Assembly (NCBI GenBank): GCA_964282815.1
Contig: OZ196148.1
Source of the DNA: an uncultured Granulicella sp.
Lineage (GTDB): Bacteria; Acidobacteriota; Terriglobia; Terriglobales; Acidobacteriaceae
Strand: one strand, 5' to 3'
Length of the DNA: 64,000 nucleotides
Shown: positions 58,899 to 64,000 of the stretch, piece by piece
Numbering within the stretch: position 1 is the first letter of the stretch
Layout: the number at the start of each line of letters is the position of its first letter
Notes under the pieces: model-generated
Seen by the model: the letters and a program-made list of their open reading frames with translations, nothing else
Told to the model about the DNA's origin: nothing
Database searches by the model: none
Translations under genes and position numbers: made by a program

Positions 58899-59451
58899 CG
58901 TTTCCTTCCAGTTCGCGGCCGGCGTCGATGGTGAAGCCGTTAGAGGGGCGTCCGCTCCACTGGGGCAGGGCGGGTGGACCGCCGGTCATATCGGCGAAGA
59001 TGCTGGCGAGGTCGGCCGCCATGGCGATCTTGCTCTGGAGCTTCTTGGTGGTCTCCTCGGTCTGCTGGAGGAGGCGCTCGAGCAGGTCGGGAATCTTGTT
59101 GACGGCCTCGATGCGCATGGCGCGGGGCGCGTCGTTGAAGGCCCAGACCTCTTCGGAGTCGTCGTCGTGGTCCAGGTGGTTGCCGGTCACGTCGCGCAGG
59201 GCAAGACCCCACTTGCCGCCGACGCGGGCGTAGCCGAGGTCGCGATTCCAGTAGGTGGTCTCATCCGAGCTGCCGCTGATCTGGACCCATGCGGGGAAGC
59301 CGAGGCCGAGCTTCTTGAGCGAGGCGTCGAGCTGGCGGATGACCTTGCGCAGGTCGTCCGAGGCGGTGTGCAGGGTTTGGGCGGCGTTGGAGAGCTGCTT
59401 GAAGGAGTTCTCAACCCGTGCCGTCGATGCATTCGTGCTTTTCGGAGCCAT
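58747..59451 (-). CDS. Hypothetical protein (coiled-coil, alpha/beta core, coiled-coil)
   Basis: LKKLGLGFPAWV...LGYARVGGKWGL...WAFNDAPRAMRIEAVNKIPDLL; host-like codons. Confidence 0.7.
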   Translation of the reverse strand: MAPKSTNASTARVENSFKQLSNAAQTLHTASDDLRKVIRQLDASLKKLGLGFPAWVQISGSSDETTYWNRDLGYARVGGKWGLALRDVTGNHLDHDDDSEEVWAFNDAPRAMRIEAVNKIPDLLERLLQQTEETTKKLQSKIAMAADLASIFADMTGGPPALPQWSGRPSNGFTIDAGRELEGNGAEKPSQNHFRETAAPVGSLPVERHATGERPVSAEPSLPAERPLPVERGN

Positions 59452-59593
59452 TCAGTGTACCTGTCGAAGTGCCTGGTCTCGCCGGTGAGGCGGAGGAATC
59501 GAGTCTGGTTTGGGACTCGATTGAGGAATCAGTATAGCTCCTGCGTTGACGAAAATTGCAAGGCGAAAGGTCTGGGTTAAAGGTTGCAAACGA

Positions 59594-60867
<1,274 letters not shown>

Positions 60868-60904
60868 CTATCAGTATAAAGACGGGGGAGTATAAAGATG
60901 GGCC

Positions 60905-61315
60905 ATGCCGGATAAGGTGCGGAAGCCGGAGCGAGAGACGCCGAAGAAGGAGAAGATCTGCAAGACGTGCGGGCGGGCGTTTGCCTGGAGGAAGAAGTGG
61001 GCTGGTGATTGGGACATGGTGAAGTATTGCTCGGATGCCTGCCGGGGGAACAAGCCGGGCGAGGCAGATGCGGCTTTGGAACGCGCGATTCTGGAGCTCC
61101 TGGTGGAACGCGGGCGGGAGAAGACGATTTGTCCGAGTGAGGCTGCCAAGGCGGTTGGAGGCAAGCAGGAGAGACGAGACTGGGAGGGATTGATGGAGCC
61201 GGCGAGGGCTGCCGCGCGGCGGTTAGTGGCGGCAGGGAAGATTGTCATCACGCAAGGCGGGCGGGTGGTCGAGCCTTCTACTGCAAAGGGTGCGATTCGT
61301 TTGAAGCTAAGGTAA
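60905..61315 (+). CDS. DUF2256-DUF3253 fusion protein
   Basis: KICKTCGRAFAWRKKW...VKYCSDACR followed by KTICPSEAA...GKIVITQGG...GAIRL. Confidence 0.8.
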   Translation: MPDKVRKPERETPKKEKICKTCGRAFAWRKKWAGDWDMVKYCSDACRGNKPGEADAALERAILELLVERGREKTICPSEAAKAVGGKQERRDWEGLMEPARAAARRLVAAGKIVITQGGRVVEPSTAKGAIRLKLR

Positions 61316-61369
61316 AAAATCTTTTTCGCTGCGAGTTTCGTTTGCCGCCGGGCGTGCTTCTAAGGGCGC

Positions 61370-61630
61370 ATGGCTACTGCGAAGAAGGCTCCGTCGAAGA
61401 AGAGTGCAGCAAAGAAGGCGGCTGCGAAGAAAGCTCCTGCAAAGAAGACTGCCAAGAAGGCCGCGAAGAAGAGCGCGGCCACAACGTGCTGGCCGGGATT
61501 CGAATCGGTTCCAGGTAAGGAACCGGGAACCAAGGGAAGCTGCAAACCGAAGGCGAACCAAACTGCCGGCGAGAAGAAGGCGGACAGCAAGGCTGCGGCG
61601 GCAAGCAAGCGGGAGAAGGGTCAAGGCTAG
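61370..61630 (+). CDS. Lys/Ala-rich histone-H1-like small protein with CWPG...GSC motif
   Basis: AKKAPSKKSAAKKAAAKK repeats, then CWPGFESVPGKEPGTKGSCKPK. Confidence 0.7.
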   Translation: MATAKKAPSKKSAAKKAAAKKAPAKKTAKKAAKKSAATTCWPGFESVPGKEPGTKGSCKPKANQTAGEKKADSKAAAASKREKGQG

Positions 61631-61656
61631 GACGCCCCTGCGCTAGACTGTCTGGC

Positions 61657-62136
61657 ATGAACGCGGAGCGGGTGAGAACGTTTCTGCTGGAGCTGCCGCA
61701 TGTGGTCGAGAGCGAGCAGTGGGGTGGGCTTGTCTTCTGGGTGGGCGATCGAGAGGTAGGGGGCAGGATGTTTGTGATGCTTCCGCTCGACGGGGCCGCG
61801 CCGGTGATCAGCTATCCTGCGGGACCGGAGCGTTACGGCGAAATGCTGGAGCGCGAGGGGCTGATTCCGGCTCCGTACATGGCGCGGATCTTCTGGGTAG
61901 CGGCGGAGCGGTGGAATGCGCTGCGGGATCGCGAGTGGGAGGATGAGCTGCGGGCCGGGCACAAGCTGGTCTTTGAGAAACTGCCGTCGAAGGTCAAGGC
62001 GACGCTTGCGCTGCCCAAGACGGAGTACAAGAAGGCGCTTGAGGCCGGACGCAAGCGGCGGGCGGAGTGGGAGGCCAAAGAGGCGATCCGCAAGGCGGGT
62101 AAGAAGAAGGGCAAGTCGCCGATGAATCTGGACTGA
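61657..62136 (+). CDS. MmcQ/YjbR-family DNA-binding protein
   Basis: FLLELPHVVESEQWG...GRMF...LIPAPYMARIFWVA. Confidence 0.8.
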   Translation: MNAERVRTFLLELPHVVESEQWGGLVFWVGDREVGGRMFVMLPLDGAAPVISYPAGPERYGEMLEREGLIPAPYMARIFWVAAERWNALRDREWEDELRAGHKLVFEKLPSKVKATLALPKTEYKKALEAGRKRRAEWEAKEAIRKAGKKKGKSPMNLD

Positions 62137-62149
62137 GTGTCTGGCTTGG

Positions 62150-62542
62150 TTAGGAGACTTCCGGTGCCGCGTCCAAGAGGCCTCGAAAGCTGAGGCGGTA
62201 GGCCCAGATGAGGAAGAGCTCAAGAACGGTCGCGATCAGGCCGGGAACGATGCCGCTGCCGCCCATCATTGTGATGTGGAAGAGCAGGATGTTGACCAGG
62301 ACGGGAGCGAGAATGGTGAGGCCGAGCGGGACGTATCGTCCGACGAGCAGCAGAAGTCCGCCGATCACCTGGCAGAGGCCGACGAAGGCCATCCATTTGT
62401 GGGCCATGAGGATGGTTGAGAGCGTCGTGGCGTCACTGGGTGGCTGCGCGGGCATGGGCAAGAAGGGAAACAGGATATTGGCGCCGAAGACGAGGAAGAT
62501 CAGGCCGAGCAGGATGCGGACGACGAGGATGGCTTTCTTCAT
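62150..62542 (-). CDS. DoxX-family membrane protein
   Basis: VRILLGLIFLVFGAN...QVIGGLLLLVGRYVPLGL..LAPVLVNILLFH. ATG at 62542. Confidence 0.82.
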   Translation of the reverse strand: MKKAILVVRILLGLIFLVFGANILFPFLPMPAQPPSDATTLSTILMAHKWMAFVGLCQVIGGLLLLVGRYVPLGLTILAPVLVNILLFHITMMGGSGIVPGLIATVLELFLIWAYRLSFRGLLDAAPEVS

Positions 62543-62658
62543 GGGTGCGGGTCTCCGGCTTTGCGCCGCGCTTCTATATGGAATGGATACAGAATACGGC
62601 AAGGTTGAATATTGGCGGAACTGATTGGCTTAGGATTGCGAGGAAGAGGTGTTTGCGG

Positions 62659-63480
62659 ATGAGCGGTGTGGTGCTGTCGTTGGAGGGAAAGGTTGCGCTG
62701 GTGACGGGCGGGTCGCGGGGAATTGGGGCGGCGACGGTGCGGATATTCCAGGCCGCGGGGGCGAGGGTTGTGTTCAGTTATGAGAAGGCGCAAGGGGCGG
62801 CGGATGCGCTGGTGGAGGAGCTTGGCGGCGAAAAGGTTTGCCGGGCGGTGCGGCAGGATCTTCGAACGCCTGCGAATGGAGCGGCTCTGGTGAGCGCGGC
62901 CGTTGCCGCGTTCGGGCGGGTGGACTGCCTGATCGTGAATCATGGGGTTTGGCCGGCGCATGATCAGCCGATCGCGACCATGACGGACGAGCAGTGGCGG
63001 GAGACGCTTTCGATCAATCTGGATAGTGTGTTTGGGCTGGTGCGTGCGGGGGTTCAGCAGATGCTATGGCAGCCTCCCACTCATCGCGATGCTACTGCGA
63101 TGAATGCATTTACCCCTCCAGTAAAAGGCCACATCGTGCTGATCGCTTCCACGGCGGCGCAGCGGGGGGAGGCGTTTCATGCAGACTACGCGGCGAGCAA
63201 GGGAGCTCTGATCTCACTCACAAAGAGTTTGTCGAGTGAACTGGGTCCGCAGGGGATTCTTTGCAACTGCGTGGCTCCGGGATGGGTGGGCACGGAGATG
63301 AGCATGGCTGCCCTGAGGGATCCGGAGACGTCTAAGAAGGCGACTGCGCTGATTCCGCTGGGACGAGTCGGGCATGTGGATGAGATCGCCGGGCCGGTGG
63401 TGTTTCTATGCACGCCGCTGGCTGGATTCATCTCCGGCGAGATCTTCAATGTGAACGGCGGGGCGGTTCTGGTTGGGTAG
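62659..63480 (+). CDS. SDR-family oxidoreductase (FabG-like)
   Basis: ALVTGGSRGIG, YAASKGA, NCVAPGWVGT and IFNVNGG. ATG at 62659. Confidence 0.9.
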   Translation: MSGVVLSLEGKVALVTGGSRGIGAATVRIFQAAGARVVFSYEKAQGAADALVEELGGEKVCRAVRQDLRTPANGAALVSAAVAAFGRVDCLIVNHGVWPAHDQPIATMTDEQWRETLSINLDSVFGLVRAGVQQMLWQPPTHRDATAMNAFTPPVKGHIVLIASTAAQRGEAFHADYAASKGALISLTKSLSSELGPQGILCNCVAPGWVGTEMSMAALRDPETSKKATALIPLGRVGHVDEIAGPVVFLCTPLAGFISGEIFNVNGGAVLVG

Positions 63481-63541
63481 GAACAGTTTTGAGGCAGAGC
63501 AGGGCAGTATGGAGCAGTGTGAGGCAGTGAAGGGCGTGGCG

Positions 63542-64000
63542 ATGAGACAGTTTGTCTTTGGGGTGATCGTTGGGTTGGGGCTGAGTGGTGCGGCGCCCTC
63601 GCGGGCGCAGAGCGCGCAGGAGATGCAGAATGCGAAGCCCAAAGGGATTCCCGGCGAGACGCAGGAGCAGCAAGGGGCTCGTCTGATGGCAGCGATGCTG
63701 AAGGCGCTGGGTGGAGATGCGTGGCTGAATCAGGGCACGGTATATACCGAGGGCTCGGTGGCGGCGTTCTTTCGCAGCCAGCCTACGGGGAGCGTGGTGC
63801 GCTTCATCGAGTATAAGAAGCTGGCGAGTGCGGGAACGCCGGAGCTCGACCGGGTTGAGTTTCTGACCATCCGCGGGATGATCATGCCTGGGATGAAGAA
63901 GGACGTCGCCCATGTCTGGACTGCGGAGAATGGCTACGAGCTCACGTACAAGGGCCGGACGGAGCTTCCCAAGCCGCAGGTGCAGGACTATCTCCGTCGC
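63542..64000 (+). CDS. Hypothetical exported protein, 5' part; runs off the window
   Basis: Read by hand: MRQFVFGVIVGLGLSGAAPSRAQ...GARLMAAMLKALGGDAWL, open to the end of the window. Confidence 0.65.
   Translation, partial: MRQFVFGVIVGLGLSGAAPSRAQSAQEMQNAKPKGIPGETQEQQGARLMAAMLKALGGDAWLNQGTVYTEGSVAAFFRSQPTGSVVRFIEYKKLASAGTPELDRVEFLTIRGMIMPGMKKDVAHVWTAENGYELTYKGRTELPKPQVQDYLRR

Overview
GC-rich bacterial chromosomal DNA, most likely Acidobacteriota (Granulicella/Edaphobacter/Terriglobus-like). This is inferred from a TIGR03435 remnant, an Oar-type TonB-dependent receptor and acidobacterial-style exported proteins. Housekeeping genes: sodA, typA, rpmI-rplT, trxC, gyrA, hslR-like and tyrS. Other modules: a tripartite RND efflux operon; a circularly permuted ATP-grasp/alpha-E/transglutaminase operon split by a 1.76-kb cargo insert; a DprE1/DprE2-like pair; an S53 protease; three Tad minor pilins with no Tad machinery nearby; three toxin-antitoxin pairs; and an AT-richer sce7726/sce7725-family gene pair just downstream of gyrA, the best candidate for an uncharacterised defence-type system. 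Non-coding structure: a 3-copy ~110-bp MITE-like element with 17-bp terminal inverted repeats; a 4-copy motif always oriented towards a downstream gene; REP-like palindromes; and G-tract heptamer repeats. The + strand switches abruptly from C-rich to G-rich at ~35.35 kb, which is origin-type polarity, but there is no dnaA in the window. typA, tyrS, the transglutaminase and the TIGR03435 remnant are broken by single extra bases in homopolymers, most likely sequencing errors. No rRNA, tRNA, CRISPR array, integrase or transposase was recognised. Family names come from motif recognition, not database searches.
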